A DNA stretch of 64,000 bases from Bacteroidales bacterium (GCA_045600045.1 JAZRXD010000063.1:10536-74535), one strand, 5' to 3'; positions 25,895 through 36,966 are shown, numbered from the stretch's first letter. Notes: generated by a model not told the origin, from the letters alone. Translations and numbers: made by a program.

Positions 25895-26422
25895 TTATTC
25901 CAAAATACCGTCAGGAATACGCAAGACTAACGTCTTTGCCGATTCATCACACTGTTCCAACAATTCGTCGGCAAAAGGTACTAAAACTGACGAACCATCA
26001 GTTTTTTTAACATCAAGAACAACATTCATAGAATATGCAAGAACTTCCTGAATATCGCCAACTTTTTGCTTTGTTGAAGAATCAATTACAGAAAAACCGA
26101 CCAAATCAATATCCAAATCTTCGGATTCGTAGTCGTCATCTTGTTCCAGATATATTTTTGTAGAACAATATTGTTCGGCTTTTCCCATTGTTTTTATATC
26201 CTCGAATTTCACAAAAGCCGAATTATTTTTCAGAGTGACCGATTCTATAAAAAAAGGAACTAATCGTTCTTGAAGGCAGAAATAAACATATTCCAAATCT
26301 TTGAAGTCGGAAGCATCAATGTTTTTTATTGACACCAAAACCTCGCCTTCTTTTCCATGAGGGCGGGAAATCATTCCCACCTCTACACAATGGTTAATAT
26401 CTGGAATATTCTTTATGTTCAT
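25895..26422 (-). CDS. rimM: 16S rRNA processing protein RimM
   Basis: 175 aa. N-terminal VGMISRPHGKEGEVLV and a C-terminal PRC-barrel-like region. The start abuts the secA stop with no gap. Confidence 0.85.
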   Translation of the reverse strand: MNIKNIPDINHCVEVGMISRPHGKEGEVLVSIKNIDASDFKDLEYVYFCLQERLVPFFIESVTLKNNSAFVKFEDIKTMGKAEQYCSTKIYLEQDDDYESEDLDIDLVGFSVIDSSTKQKVGDIQEVLAYSMNVVLDVKKTDGSSVLVPFADELLEQCDESAKTLVLRIPDGILE

Positions 26423-29400
26423 TTATTCCAAACTTTCGGCACCACTACGTCCGTGACAGTTTTTATATTTTTTCCCACTTCCGCAAGGACAAGGATCGTT
26501 TCTTCCAATTTTTATCTCGTTGTGAACAGGCATTTGTTTTTGTTGTTGACGAGTGTCCTGCATAGCATTAGGATTTTGTTGAACGTCGTCTTTTCTTGTC
26601 TGCATATTGCTCATTGATGAACGACGGCGTTCCTGTGCTTCCTGAGCCTCGGCTTGTAGAGGAATATGAGCTTTCAATACGCAAGAAACAACTTCTTTGT
26701 TCACTTTTTCCAACATTGACTGGAACAAATCGAACGATTCAAATTTATAAATCAACAATGGATCTTTGTGTTCGTATGATGCATTTTGAACCGATTGTTT
26801 CAAATCATCAAGTTCACGAAGATGTTCCTTCCAAGCTTCGTCAATGCTAACCAAAATAATTGTTTTCAAGAAAGAACGGACAAGCTCGCGACCTTCGGTC
26901 TTTGCTGCCTTTTCCAAATTTGTAACAACACTGAAAATTCGTCGTCCTTCGGAAATTGGAACAACTATATTTTTATATGTAGCACTTTGTTCCGTAAATA
27001 CTTTTTGAATAACTGGATTTGCTTGTTTTGCAATCGCCATTACACGATTGTTATAAATCTCAAGCAACGCATTGTAAATTTTGTCGATTATTTCATCCTG
27101 TGACAATTTCAAATATTCTTGTTCGTCAATTGGACATTCAAGCGAAAGCAAGCGAAGCAATTCGAACTTAAATTCTTCAAAATCAACATTTCCATGTGCA
27201 TTTGAAACTATGCTGACGCACACATCGTACATCATATTTGCAAAGTCAATTCCGATTCTATCGCCAAACAAAGCATGACGACGCTTCGTGTAGATAACTT
27301 CACGTTGTGAATTCATCACATCATCATATTCCAACAAACGTTTACGTATTCCGAAGAAATTTTCCTCAACCTTTTGTTGAGCACGCTCAATCGATTTCGA
27401 AATCATTGAATGCTGGATAACCTCGCCTTCTTCCAATCCCATTTTATCCATAATGCGGGCGATTCGTTCCGAGCCGAACTTTCGCATCAAATCATCTTCC
27501 AACGAAACAAAGAATTGCGAACTACCCGGATCACCTTGACGACCGGCACGACCACGCAACTGACGGTCAACACGACGGGAATCGTGACGTTCCGTACCAA
27601 TAATTGCAAGACCACCAGCATCTTTCACATCCGGAGTCAATTTGATATCGGTACCACGACCAGCCATATTTGTAGCAATTGTAATATGTCCAGGTTGACC
27701 AGCAAGAGCAACGATTTCAGCCTCTTTTTGGTGCAATTTTGCATTCAAAACAGTATGCTCCAATTTTCTACGTGTCAACATTCTCGAAAGCAATTCGGAA
27801 ATTTCAACCGAAGTTGTACCAACCAAAACCGGACGACCTTCTTTCGTTAATTCTTCGATATGTTCTATTACCGCATTGTATTTTTCACGACGAGTTTTAT
27901 AAATCAAATCATCGTGATCTTGACGAACGACTGGTTTGTTTGTTGGAGCGGCAACAACTTCCATTTTGTAGATGTCCCAGAACTCTTTAGCTTCGGTTTC
28001 GGCTGTACCAGTCATACCCGAAAGCTTCTTATACATACGGAAATAGTTCTGCAAAGTAATTGTTGCATGAGTTTGGGTAGCTGCTTCAACTTTCACACGT
28101 TCTTTAGCTTCGATTGCTTGGTGTAAACCATCGGAATAACGACGGCCTTCCATAATACGACCAGTTTGTTCATCAACAATTTTAACTTGATTGTCCATCA
28201 CAACATATTCTTGGTCGATTGTGAACAATGCGTAAGCTTTCAATAATTGATTGATTGTATGAACACGTTCGGATTTGATTGCATAATCCTGAACCAATTC
28301 ATCTTTTGCAACAACCTTTTCTTCTGCTGTTTTACCCGATTTTTCGATTTCGGCAATCTTGTCGCCAATATCAGGAAGCACGAAGAAATTCTTGTCTTCC
28401 ATGTCTTCGGAAAGGAAGTCTATACCTTTTTCAGTAAGTTCAATTATGTTGTTTTTCTCATCAATAACAAAATATAGTTCATCGGTAATGATTGGCATAT
28501 ATTTGTTATTTTCAGCCATATAGACATTTTCGGTTTTGGTCAACAAGGTTTTCATACCTTGTTCGCTCAAAAACTTGATAAGAGAATTCGTTTTAGGAAG
28601 AGCTTTATAAGCACGCAACAACAATTTTGCACCTTCTTCAGCCTTAGTTTTATCTGGATTACCAATCAACGCTTTGGCCTCCGCGAATGTCTTATTGAAC
28701 AATGCTTTTTGTGCGTTGTACAAACGTTCAACGCGAGGACGATATTCAACAAACAATTCATCGCCGTTGCTTTTCTTCGAAACAGGGCCAGATATAATCA
28801 ACGGAGTACGCGCATCATCAATCAAGACAGAATCGACCTCATCGACAATCGCATAATTATGTTCGCGTTGTACCAATTCATCTGGGCGAATAGCCATATT
28901 ATCACGAAGGTAATCGAAACCGAATTCGTTGTTTGTACCATACGTAATATCTGATTGATATGCACGACGACGAGCCTCGGAATTTGGTTCATGTTTATCG
29001 ATACAGTCAACCGACAAACCATGGAATTGGAAAATCGGCCCCATCCATTCCGAGTCACGCTTTGCCAAATAATCGTTGACAGTTACAACATGGACACCAC
29101 GTCCCGCAAGAGCATTCAAAAACACAGGAAGCGTTGCTACAAGAGTTTTACCTTCACCCGTTGCCATTTCCGCAATTTTTCCTTGATGTAGTATCGTACC
29201 TCCAATCAACTGCACGTCATAATGAATCATATCCCAAGTCACCGGATTTCCACCAGCAATCCACGTATGATTCCAAAGTGCTTTGTCGCCATCGATTGTA
29301 ATATGAGGACAAATTGCAGCCAAATCTCTATCGTATTGAGTAGCGGTTGCGACAACAGTTTCGTTGTTAGCAAAACGACGGGCTGTATTTTTCACAATTG

Positions 29401-29749
29401 CAAAGGCATCTGGAAGGATTTCATCAAGTGTTTTTGCAATGATTTCGTCATTTTCTTTTTTCAACGCATCAATTTCATCGTACATTGATTCTCGTTCGTC
29501 AACCGAAGTAATATCTTCTTCTTCAAGTTTTTCCTGCAATTCAGCAATTTTTTCTTCATTTGGCTTTATTGCATCGGCAATTTTTTGTTGTAATTGTTTT
29601 GTTGCCGCACGAAGTTCATCGGTTGTTCCCGCATTTAATTTTTCTTCTATTTCGTTGATTTTCACAACCAACGGACGAATTTCATTTATATCTTTTTCTG
29701 ATTTTGTACCACCAAAAATGCTTCGTATAATACTGTTAATGAGGCTCAT
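26423..29749 (-). CDS. secA: Preprotein translocase ATPase SecA
   Basis: 1108 aa. Walker [19 protein letters not shown]-like [19 protein letters not shown], and the C-terminal zinc-binding [14 protein letters not shown]. Confidence 0.98.
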   Translation of the reverse strand: MSLINSIIRSIFGGTKSEKDINEIRPLVVKINEIEEKLNAGTTDELRAATKQLQQKIADAIKPNEEKIAELQEKLEEEDITSVDERESMYDEIDALKKENDEIIAKTLDEILPDAFAIVKNTARRFANNETVVATATQYDRDLAAICPHITIDGDKALWNHTWIAGGNPVTWDMIHYDVQLIGGTILHQGKIAEMATGEGKTLVATLPVFLNALAGRGVHVVTVNDYLAKRDSEWMGPIFQFHGLSVDCIDKHEPNSEARRRAYQSDITYGTNNEFGFDYLRDNMAIRPDELVQREHNYAIVDEVDSVLIDDARTPLIISGPVSKKSNGDELFVEYRPRVERLYNAQKALFNKTFAEAKALIGNPDKTKAEEGAKLLLRAYKALPKTNSLIKFLSEQGMKTLLTKTENVYMAENNKYMPIITDELYFVIDEKNNIIELTEKGIDFLSEDMEDKNFFVLPDIGDKIAEIEKSGKTAEEKVVAKDELVQDYAIKSERVHTINQLLKAYALFTIDQEYVVMDNQVKIVDEQTGRIMEGRRYSDGLHQAIEAKERVKVEAATQTHATITLQNYFRMYKKLSGMTGTAETEAKEFWDIYKMEVVAAPTNKPVVRQDHDDLIYKTRREKYNAVIEHIEELTKEGRPVLVGTTSVEISELLSRMLTRRKLEHTVLNAKLHQKEAEIVALAGQPGHITIATNMAGRGTDIKLTPDVKDAGGLAIIGTERHDSRRVDRQLRGRAGRQGDPGSSQFFVSLEDDLMRKFGSERIARIMDKMGLEEGEVIQHSMISKSIERAQQKVEENFFGIRKRLLEYDDVMNSQREVIYTKRRHALFGDRIGIDFANMMYDVCVSIVSNAHGNVDFEEFKFELLRLLSLECPIDEQEYLKLSQDEIIDKIYNALLEIYNNRVMAIAKQANPVIQKVFTEQSATYKNIVVPISEGRRIFSVVTNLEKAAKTEGRELVRSFLKTIILVSIDEAWKEHLRELDDLKQSVQNASYEHKDPLLIYKFESFDLFQSMLEKVNKEVVSCVLKAHIPLQAEAQEAQERRRSSMSNMQTRKDDVQQNPNAMQDTRQQQKQMPVHNEIKIGRNDPCPCGSGKKYKNCHGRSGAESLE

Positions 29750-29784
29750 AAAGTCTTATATTTTATATTCTTAAATTTAGATTG

Positions 29785-29792
29785 CAAAGGTA
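29785..29792 (-). promoter_or_regulatory. Candidate -7 box (TACCTTTG on the minus strand) for secA-rimM
   Basis: The plus strand reads CAAAGGTA, 36 nt upstream of the secA ATG (29749). Confidence 0.45.
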
Positions 29793-29893
29793 TGTAAAAA
29801 ACGGCGGATTTTGGGCTTTTATTGGAAGTAAAATGAAGATTTATTTGATGAATCAAGAAGCGAGAATCGGGATAAATAAATTCCTGGTTCTTT

Positions 29894-31012
29894 TTATTTG
29901 GAAAGACGCATGAATTCCCTCATCCAAAAATCTGGTACAATTCCTTTTCTAAACTGTTCATAATCCAATTTGGAACAAGGAATGATGCGTTTACATTTTT
30001 TGTTTTTCACAGGAACCTCCACCCACATAGCACGAGAAACCATCGATTCAAAGAAACAAATATCCTGCGGAAACATTTGATGTTTCAAATATTGTTTCAC
30101 ATACGAATCATCGTCAACAAAATCGCAAGTTTCGTTTTTTCGTTGAGAAACGCCGTCCAGCACATGCCAAAGGATTTGTGCACACAGTTGGGCGGAAATG
30201 GAATTCAAATCTTTCTGAGGATTGTATTCCGTAAGCGAGAACACATTCATGCGAGGCGAATATCCCACATTCCAAGCACATTGACAAGCGAATTCCGAAT
30301 ACAAACCATTCACATTTTGTCCTGCCGGATTATCGGAATAACGAACAGAATTCAAATCAAAGCTGACCAATTGCGCATCGCGGGTTAACGGCTCAGTCAA
30401 TTCTATGTTAGCATTACATTCACCTAAACGCATCGCAAAATAATTATTTTCATCTATCCACGCGAATGCATCTCGATCGGATAGATATTCCTGATTGGCG
30501 ATATGAATAATTCTCGCATCGGGATTTTCTGCGGCAAAATGATTTAAATAGTTGGTATTGTGCACATCTTCGGAATCATTTTCTCGATCAATTTTTGCAT
30601 CAACAAGACACAACGCAGGAAACGTAACACGTTTAAAACCAGCATTTGCCAAACTACAAATTGACTCCTGAGTACCACCAAAAACTAAAATCGGCTTTCC
30701 ATAAATGGCCAACTGCTCCACGCAACTTTCCAAATTCGCATACGATTCGGCAACCGTAATACCTTTTTTACAATCGCCCAAATCATATATTTTGAGATTC
30801 TTTGACGTTTTGTGTAAAGAATATAATGCTTCGCGAATTATTGGCGCAGCCTGAGAAGAACCAACATTGTCGGAATTTCTATCTTCCAAATATCCCAACA
30901 AAAAAGCGTCGGCAGAAACCAAATCATAATCTTCGTAAGTAGAAACAATACGGACATCCAAATTGTTCGTAGGCAAAGAATCTACAGGATTACAAAGATC
31001 TTTCAGCGTCAT
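29894..31012 (-). CDS. Arginase/formimidoylglutamase-fold protein with degenerate metal-binding motifs
   Basis: 372 aa. The ureohydrolase motif positions are recognisable but substituted. GGDHS reads VFGGTQES. DAHxD reads VDAKID. SxDxDxxDP reads SFDLNSVRYSDNP. Its start overlaps the topA stop by 1 nt. Confidence 0.55.
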   Translation of the reverse strand: MTLKDLCNPVDSLPTNNLDVRIVSTYEDYDLVSADAFLLGYLEDRNSDNVGSSQAAPIIREALYSLHKTSKNLKIYDLGDCKKGITVAESYANLESCVEQLAIYGKPILVFGGTQESICSLANAGFKRVTFPALCLVDAKIDRENDSEDVHNTNYLNHFAAENPDARIIHIANQEYLSDRDAFAWIDENNYFAMRLGECNANIELTEPLTRDAQLVSFDLNSVRYSDNPAGQNVNGLYSEFACQCAWNVGYSPRMNVFSLTEYNPQKDLNSISAQLCAQILWHVLDGVSQRKNETCDFVDDDSYVKQYLKHQMFPQDICFFESMVSRAMWVEVPVKNKKCKRIIPCSKLDYEQFRKGIVPDFWMREFMRLSK

Positions 31013-33504
31013 TATTTAGACTTTTTAACTTCTGCTATTTCGTAGCATTGTTCCAAAGTCAAATTTTCAGGTTTGACGTTTTTGGCAATTCTGAAATACT
31101 TCTTTTTGTAGAATACGCACGGATGGCCCCAACGGTCGAGCATAACCTTTATGTTTGCATCTTCTGCAAATTCCTTTATGCTTCGTTTTTCGTCAGATTC
31201 ACGTTTACGGATAATTATTTTTTCTGCCTCTTGAATCGTTACCGAGAACACATCAGGATCACCTTTTTTCAATGAAATGAATTTGCCTTTGTGAGCCAAG
31301 AACGGTCCAAAACGCCCCACATTTGCCATCACAGTTTCGCCCTCGAACGTTCCTACTTCGCGAGGCAACAACAACAATGTCAAAGCATCCTGCAAGGTGA
31401 TTGTATTTGGATTTTGTCCTTTCAACAAAGTTACGCTCTTCTTTTCTGGATCGTCGGCTTCACCCATTTGTAAATATTGGCTGAAACGACCATTACGAAC
31501 ATATACATTTTTGCCAGTTTCTGGATGAACACCAAGCAAACGACCTTCGTTGCCGTTTTTCAACATCATCAAAGCATCTTCCAACGTAACTGTTTCAATT
31601 TGGAATGATTTATCCAACGCTGTGTAAACTGGTTTTTCTTCGTCATCTTGTTTGCCCAACTGAACCATAGAGCCAAAACGGCCGATACGTACAGAAACCT
31701 GTCGCCCTGTTTCTGGATCGATTCCCAACACACGTTCGCCATTGCCACGTTCCGAAGTTTCCATCGTATCGTCAACCTTGGCGTGGAACGGTTTGTAGAA
31801 TTTAGAAAGCATTTCGACCCAACCAATTTTACCCAACGCAATTTCATCGAATTCCTGTTCTACGGAAGCGGTGAAATTGTAATCCATAATACCCTCAAAA
31901 TATTTCATCAAGAAATCGTTCACAACAATTCCTATATCTGTCGGGAACAATTTATTTTTTTCGGTATCGACATTTTCCGATGCCTTTGCGGCTGTAACTT
32001 TTCCGGCTTTCAACGTCAATTTATTATACTGACGTTTTTGTCCGGCACGATCTTCTTTTAAGATATATCCACGTTTTTGAATTGTTGAAATTGTCGGCGC
32101 ATACGTTGATGGACGTCCAATTCCCAATTCCTCCAACTTACGAACTAACGTAGCTTCTGTATAGCGTGGCGGATGTTGCGTAAAACGTTCCGTAGCAACT
32201 ATTGATTGAGTTTCGACAGCAGAACCGACTGCCAAAGAAGGAAGTACAACACTTTCTTCTTCCGCAGCATCGTCGTCAACCGATTCTATGTACATTTTTA
32301 AGAAACCATCGAATACAATAACCTCACCTTTTGCCGTGAATGTTGCATTTTTCAAATCCTTGCTCGTAATTGTCAGTGTTGTGCTTTCCAACTGAGCATC
32401 AACCATTTGCGAAGCAAGCGTACGTTTGCGGATTAAATCATACAAACGTTGTTCATCGGCATTCGACGACACAAATTCATTTTCTATATAGGTAGGACGA
32501 ATTGCTTCGTGGGCTTCCTGAGCACCTTTCGATGTTGTGGAATATTTGCGGACTTTTGAATACTTTTCTCCGAAATTCTCAACAATAAACTTTTTCGATG
32601 TATTGATTGCCAAAGCAGACAAATTCACAGAGTCGGTTCTCATATATGTAATGAAACCTGATTCGTATAATTGTTGTGCAATTTGCATTGTTTTGGCTAC
32701 AGGGAAATAATATTTTCTACTTGCCTCTTGTTGCAACGTTGACGTTGTGAAAGGAGGAGCAGGACGTTTTGTCGTCGGTTTTTTCTCGCAAGCGGAAACT
32801 TCGAATTGTGCATTTTTTGCTTTTTCAAGAAAATCCTCAGCCTCTTGCTTTGTCGCAAAACGTTTCGACAATTCCGCAGTGAAAGCATATTTTTTTCCAC
32901 CTTGTTCGGCAACAAAATCGGCAACAACTTTATATGATGACTCCGATTTAAAAGCATTGATTTCGCGTTCACGTTCAACAATAATTCGTACCGCAACCGA
33001 CTGAACACGACCAGCTGAAAGTTGTGGTTTTACTTTTTTCCATAAAATTGGAGAAAGTTCAAAACCAACCAATCTATCAAGAACACGACGAGCTTGCTGG
33101 GCATCAACTAACTTCAAATCTATTGTACGCGGAGTTTTTAGTGAATCAACAATTGCATCTTTGGTAATTTCGTGGAAAACAATACGTTTTGTGGATTTTA
33201 CCGGCAATTTCAAAACTTCGGCCAAATGCCAAGCAATAGCCTCACCTTCACGGTCCTCATCGGATGCAAGCCACACATTCTTTGTTTCCTTTACCGCCTT
33301 TCGTAAATCCGCAACTAATTTTTTCTTATCTGCCGAAATTTCATACAAAGGTGCAAAAGAATTATCCACATCAATTCCCAAACCTTTTTTCTCCAAATCG
33401 CGAATATGTCCGTAACTTGACATAACCGTGAAATCTTTGCCCAAAAACTTCTCAATCGTTTTTGCTTTGGCTGGAGATTCGACTATCACTAAATTTTCCG
33501 TCAT
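31012..33504 (-). CDS. topA: DNA topoisomerase I
   Basis: TOPRIM N-terminus LVIVESPAKAKTIEKFLG and DEDREGE. Catalytic Tyr in GFITYMRTDS. Cys-less C-terminal repeats (GRFGSMVQLG, GRFSQYLQMG, GRFGPFLAHKG). ATG 33504 (MTENL) is preferred over 33519 because a -7 box lies at 33532-33539. Confidence 0.95.
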   Translation of the reverse strand: MTENLVIVESPAKAKTIEKFLGKDFTVMSSYGHIRDLEKKGLGIDVDNSFAPLYEISADKKKLVADLRKAVKETKNVWLASDEDREGEAIAWHLAEVLKLPVKSTKRIVFHEITKDAIVDSLKTPRTIDLKLVDAQQARRVLDRLVGFELSPILWKKVKPQLSAGRVQSVAVRIIVEREREINAFKSESSYKVVADFVAEQGGKKYAFTAELSKRFATKQEAEDFLEKAKNAQFEVSACEKKPTTKRPAPPFTTSTLQQEASRKYYFPVAKTMQIAQQLYESGFITYMRTDSVNLSALAINTSKKFIVENFGEKYSKVRKYSTTSKGAQEAHEAIRPTYIENEFVSSNADEQRLYDLIRKRTLASQMVDAQLESTTLTITSKDLKNATFTAKGEVIVFDGFLKMYIESVDDDAAEEESVVLPSLAVGSAVETQSIVATERFTQHPPRYTEATLVRKLEELGIGRPSTYAPTISTIQKRGYILKEDRAGQKRQYNKLTLKAGKVTAAKASENVDTEKNKLFPTDIGIVVNDFLMKYFEGIMDYNFTASVEQEFDEIALGKIGWVEMLSKFYKPFHAKVDDTMETSERGNGERVLGIDPETGRQVSVRIGRFGSMVQLGKQDDEEKPVYTALDKSFQIETVTLEDALMMLKNGNEGRLLGVHPETGKNVYVRNGRFSQYLQMGEADDPEKKSVTLLKGQNPNTITLQDALTLLLLPREVGTFEGETVMANVGRFGPFLAHKGKFISLKKGDPDVFSVTIQEAEKIIIRKRESDEKRSIKEFAEDANIKVMLDRWGHPCVFYKKKYFRIAKNVKPENLTLEQCYEIAEVKKSK

Positions 33505-33531
33505 CGCGTATTTTCTCATTTAAAGATTTCG

Positions 33532-33539
33532 CAAAATTA
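33532..33539 (-). promoter_or_regulatory. Candidate -7 box (TAATTTTG on the minus strand) for topA
   Basis: The plus strand reads CAAAATTA, in the divergent topA/PBP1A spacer. Confidence 0.45.
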
Positions 33540-33684
33540 AAAAAAACAATTACAAACAAAGATTTTGAAGAAAAAATTGCGACAAAATTGTACAAACGGC
33601 CTACGACAACATATTCATCCTTAACCACAAAAAGAAAATCCGCAAAAAAACGCCGAAAGAGTTTTATTAATAATGTATATTCAA

Positions 33685-33692
33685 TAAATTTG
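33685..33692 (+). promoter_or_regulatory. -7 box TAAATTTG for the PBP1A gene
   Basis: Exact TAnnTTTG 16 nt upstream of the ATG at 33708. Confidence 0.5.
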
Positions 33693-33707
33693 ACCAAATT
33701 TTTTACC

Positions 33708-36074
33708 ATGCAAGAATTTAAAACAGAGGGTAAATCCCACAAAAAATTATACATCATTATTTGGTGCTGTTGCCTACTTCCACTTTTGTTCGCAATAATT
33801 CTATTTTCCTTGATTTCGGCAGGGAAATTAGGTTTCATGCCGACTATCGAAGAACTTGAGAATCCAAAGACAAAACTAGCAACAAACATTATCTCGGCCG
33901 ACGGGAAAACAATGGGGACATTCTTCAAAGAAAACCGTATAGAATGTCGTTACGACGATCTTCCGCCTTATTTAGTCGATGCTTTGATTTCGACCGAGGA
34001 CGCCCGATTTTACGAACATTCAGGTATTGATTACAGAGGTTTGTTCCGTGTGGCTGTTAAAACTGTTTTAGGAGGGAACAAAAACTCTGGTGGCGGTAGT
34101 ACAATCACGCAACAATTGGCAAAAATGCTTTTTCCCCGTGAAAAATTCGACAGTGCAATAGACATTGTTCTTCGAAAACTTCGTGAATGGGTTATTGCCG
34201 TTAAATTGGAAAAAGCCTACACTAAAGAAGAAATCATAGCACTTTATTTGAACAAATTTGATTTTCTGCACAATGCCAACGGCATCAAGATGGCCTCGAA
34301 CGTTTATTTTAGCAAAGAGCCGAAAGATTTGAAAATTGAAGAAGCAGCAATGTTGGTTGGACAATTAAAAAATCCTGCGTTATTCAATCCCGTTCGCTAT
34401 CCCGATACGGTTACTGTTCGACGCAATGTTGTTTTAAGCCAAATGGTTCATTACGACAAACTTACAAAGGAAGAATTTGATTCTTTGAAACAAATTCCTC
34501 TTACATTAAACTTCAAAAAAATCGACCACACAAATGGTATCGCACCATATTTCCGTGAATGGTTGCGCACAACGTTAACAGCGACAAAACCAGAGCCTAA
34601 AAATTACTGGAGTTCCGAAATGTACAGCCGCGACTCTTTATTATGGGAAACAAGTTCATTGTACGGTTGGTGCAACAAAAACGAAAAAGCTCCTGGTGTT
34701 TTCTACAATTTGTACAGCGACGGACTTCGTATTTATACAACAATTGATTCAAGAATGCAACAATACGCCGAAAATGCCGTGAAGAAACACATGGCGGAAA
34801 ACGTTCAACCTGCATTTTTCAATGAAAACAAAAAGAACTCCAAAGCTCCATTTTCGTCAACATTGACCAACGACGAATATAAAAGTAGAATCAACGCAGC
34901 AATAAAACAAAGCGAACGTTACCGTGCGATGGGCGGAAAATCAATGAATTGGGACGATGTAATGAATGTATTTAATACGCCTGTTCCAACAACATTGTTC
35001 TCGTGGAGCGGCCCAATCGATACACTTATTTCGCCACTAGATTCCCTTAAATGGATGAAAAGCTTTTTACAATGCGGTATGATGTCGATGGAAGCAAGAA
35101 CAGGCCACGTAAAAGCATTCGTAGGTGGTATTGACTATGAATTTTTCCAATACGACCACATTATGCAACAACGTCGTCAAGTTGGTTCCACATTCAAACC
35201 ATTCTTGTACACATTGGCAATGCAAGAAGGCATTTCTCCTTGTAAACAATTCGCAAACGTACCAACATCGTTCTACGTAAATGATCAAATGTGGACACCA
35301 AGCAACTCCGACAAAGCTCGTAACGGCGAAATGGTTTCGTTGGCGTGGGGATTGGCTACATCGAACAACTGGATTTCCGCTAAATTGATGCAATTGCTAA
35401 AACCAGAACCTGTAGTAGCTTTAGCGCACGAAATGGGACTTTACAGTCACATTGATCCTGTTCCATCAATTTGTCTTGGTGTTGCCGATTTAACACTTCA
35501 CGAAATGGTTGGAGCATACAGCACATTCCCAAACAAAGGCGTTCATATCGATCCTATTTTTGTGACAAAAATCGAAGATAAATACGGAAACGTAATCGCA
35601 CAATTCACTCCTGCACAAAACGAAGCAATTAGCGAAGAAGTTGCATATCAGATGGTTGGATTGTTACAAAATGTAGTCAACATGGTTGACCGCGAAGCAA
35701 AGGCTTACGGAACAGCTATTTCCCTTCGTACCCGTTACGACATTCGCGTTCCACTTGCCGGAAAAACAGGAACTACCAATGATCACGCCGACGGATGGTT
35801 TATGGGATTCACCCCAGAATTGATTACCGGTGTTTGGGTTGGTGGCGACGAGCGAAGCATTCGTTTCAGAAGTTTTGCACACGGACAAGGAGCAAGAATG
35901 GCAATGCCGGTTTTTGCATATTACATAAAAGATTGTATTGCCAATAAAGATGAATTAGGATATAGCTTTGGTGATTTTGAAAAACCCGCCAATTGGATTT
36001 CTCCGTGTTATGGGAATAGTCCAACACCAAAACAAAACGACACAAACAATTCCGACTTTGACGATTTCTTCTGA
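33708..36074 (+). CDS. mrcA: Bifunctional class A penicillin-binding protein (PBP1A: glycosyltransferase + transpeptidase)
   Basis: N-terminal TM anchor. GT51 motifs STEDARFYEHSGID and GGSTITQQLAK. Transpeptidase motifs STFK, SNN and KTGTT. The track ORF starts at a TTG 82 codons upstream and overlaps the topA promoter region, so the start is trimmed to ATG 33708. Confidence 0.93.
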   Translation: MQEFKTEGKSHKKLYIIIWCCCLLPLLFAIILFSLISAGKLGFMPTIEELENPKTKLATNIISADGKTMGTFFKENRIECRYDDLPPYLVDALISTEDARFYEHSGIDYRGLFRVAVKTVLGGNKNSGGGSTITQQLAKMLFPREKFDSAIDIVLRKLREWVIAVKLEKAYTKEEIIALYLNKFDFLHNANGIKMASNVYFSKEPKDLKIEEAAMLVGQLKNPALFNPVRYPDTVTVRRNVVLSQMVHYDKLTKEEFDSLKQIPLTLNFKKIDHTNGIAPYFREWLRTTLTATKPEPKNYWSSEMYSRDSLLWETSSLYGWCNKNEKAPGVFYNLYSDGLRIYTTIDSRMQQYAENAVKKHMAENVQPAFFNENKKNSKAPFSSTLTNDEYKSRINAAIKQSERYRAMGGKSMNWDDVMNVFNTPVPTTLFSWSGPIDTLISPLDSLKWMKSFLQCGMMSMEARTGHVKAFVGGIDYEFFQYDHIMQQRRQVGSTFKPFLYTLAMQEGISPCKQFANVPTSFYVNDQMWTPSNSDKARNGEMVSLAWGLATSNNWISAKLMQLLKPEPVVALAHEMGLYSHIDPVPSICLGVADLTLHEMVGAYSTFPNKGVHIDPIFVTKIEDKYGNVIAQFTPAQNEAISEEVAYQMVGLLQNVVNMVDREAKAYGTAISLRTRYDIRVPLAGKTGTTNDHADGWFMGFTPELITGVWVGGDERSIRFRSFAHGQGARMAMPVFAYYIKDCIANKDELGYSFGDFEKPANWISPCYGNSPTPKQNDTNNSDFDDFF

Positions 36075-36787
36075 TGAGTCAGTCTTTTCAATTCAAACAA
36101 TTCAGCATCACACAGGAACATTCTGCGCTCAAATTGGGAACAGACGCAGTTTTGCTTGGTGCGGCAACGCAATTCGTCAACCCAAAATCAATTCTCGACA
36201 TTGGCACAGGAACCGGAATTTTAGCATTGATGATGGCTCAAAAATACGATTGCTCAATTTCGGCAATTGATATTGATGAAAACTCCATTATTGACGCACT
36301 GCAAAATGTTTCAAACTGTCGTTGGGCAAATCGCATTAATCTACAAAATATTAGCATTCAAGAATTTGCAAGAAATACAACAGAAAAATTTGACGGAATA
36401 ATCTGCAATCCCCCGTTTTTTTCGCATAGTCTTACAAATCCCGAGAAAAACAAAGCCGCCGCTCGACACACAATCGCACTTACACCAAACGATTTATTTC
36501 GGAGCATCGACAAATTATTAAACACCGACGGAAAAGCATCGATTATCATTCCCTCAACCGAAAAATTACGATTTTCCGAAGCTGCAGCAGACACAGGGCT
36601 TTACATTACACACGAAATTCAAATCTTTCCGTTTGCCAACTCACAATCAGCAAACAGACACATTCTTTTTTTTGCAAAATCTTGGAAAGAATTTTCATCC
36701 TCTTCCATTCACATTAGAAACGAGGATAAAACCTACACAAACGAATACAAAAAACTTACATTCGATTTTTACTGCACAATTCGATAA
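36074..36787 (+). CDS. tRNA (adenine-N6)-methyltransferase, TrmN6/YfiC-like
   Basis: SAM motif ILDIGTGTGILAL and the N6-adenine MTase motif ICNPPFF. N-terminal FQFKQFSI..ALKLGTDAVLLGA is typical of the family. Its start overlaps the PBP1A stop (TGATG). Confidence 0.75.
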   Translation: MSQSFQFKQFSITQEHSALKLGTDAVLLGAATQFVNPKSILDIGTGTGILALMMAQKYDCSISAIDIDENSIIDALQNVSNCRWANRINLQNISIQEFARNTTEKFDGIICNPPFFSHSLTNPEKNKAAARHTIALTPNDLFRSIDKLLNTDGKASIIIPSTEKLRFSEAAADTGLYITHEIQIFPFANSQSANRHILFFAKSWKEFSSSSIHIRNEDKTYTNEYKKLTFDFYCTIR

Positions 36788-36958
36788 AGAGAAAATTCTA
36801 CAAAACGAACATAATTAGATTTGACAGTTTAGTTACAAACTGATTATTATTTGTGACGCACAATTCTCACATCGCCCGATATTTCAAAAAAAATTTTGCC
36901 AGTCTAATTTATTTATCTAAAAAACAATCTTTGCCCTTGTTTCATAAAAAAATAATCC

Positions 36959-36966
36959 TAAATTTG
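36959..36966 (+). promoter_or_regulatory. -7 box TAAATTTG for xylA
   Basis: Exact TAnnTTTG 54 nt upstream of the xylA ATG. A short inverted repeat GTGTA-N5-TACAC (36970-36984) overlaps the expected transcription start. Confidence 0.45.

Noticed and set aside
33452-33928. TTG-initiated extension of the PBP1A ORF (33462-33707) and the antisense 158-aa ORF (33452-33928).
   Set aside because: Both lie over the divergent topA/PBP1A promoter region, which contains two TAnnTTTG boxes. The PBP1A membrane anchor starts right after ATG 33708. The antisense ORF is low-complexity and overlaps real coding sequence.
36825-36842. Inverted repeat CAGTTT-N6-AAACTG as a XylR-type operator.
   Set aside because: It lies about 120 nt upstream of the xylA -7 box and directly after the methyltransferase stop. 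It could equally be a weak terminator, and no regulator gene is nearby. I mention it only as a candidate inside the xyl finding.
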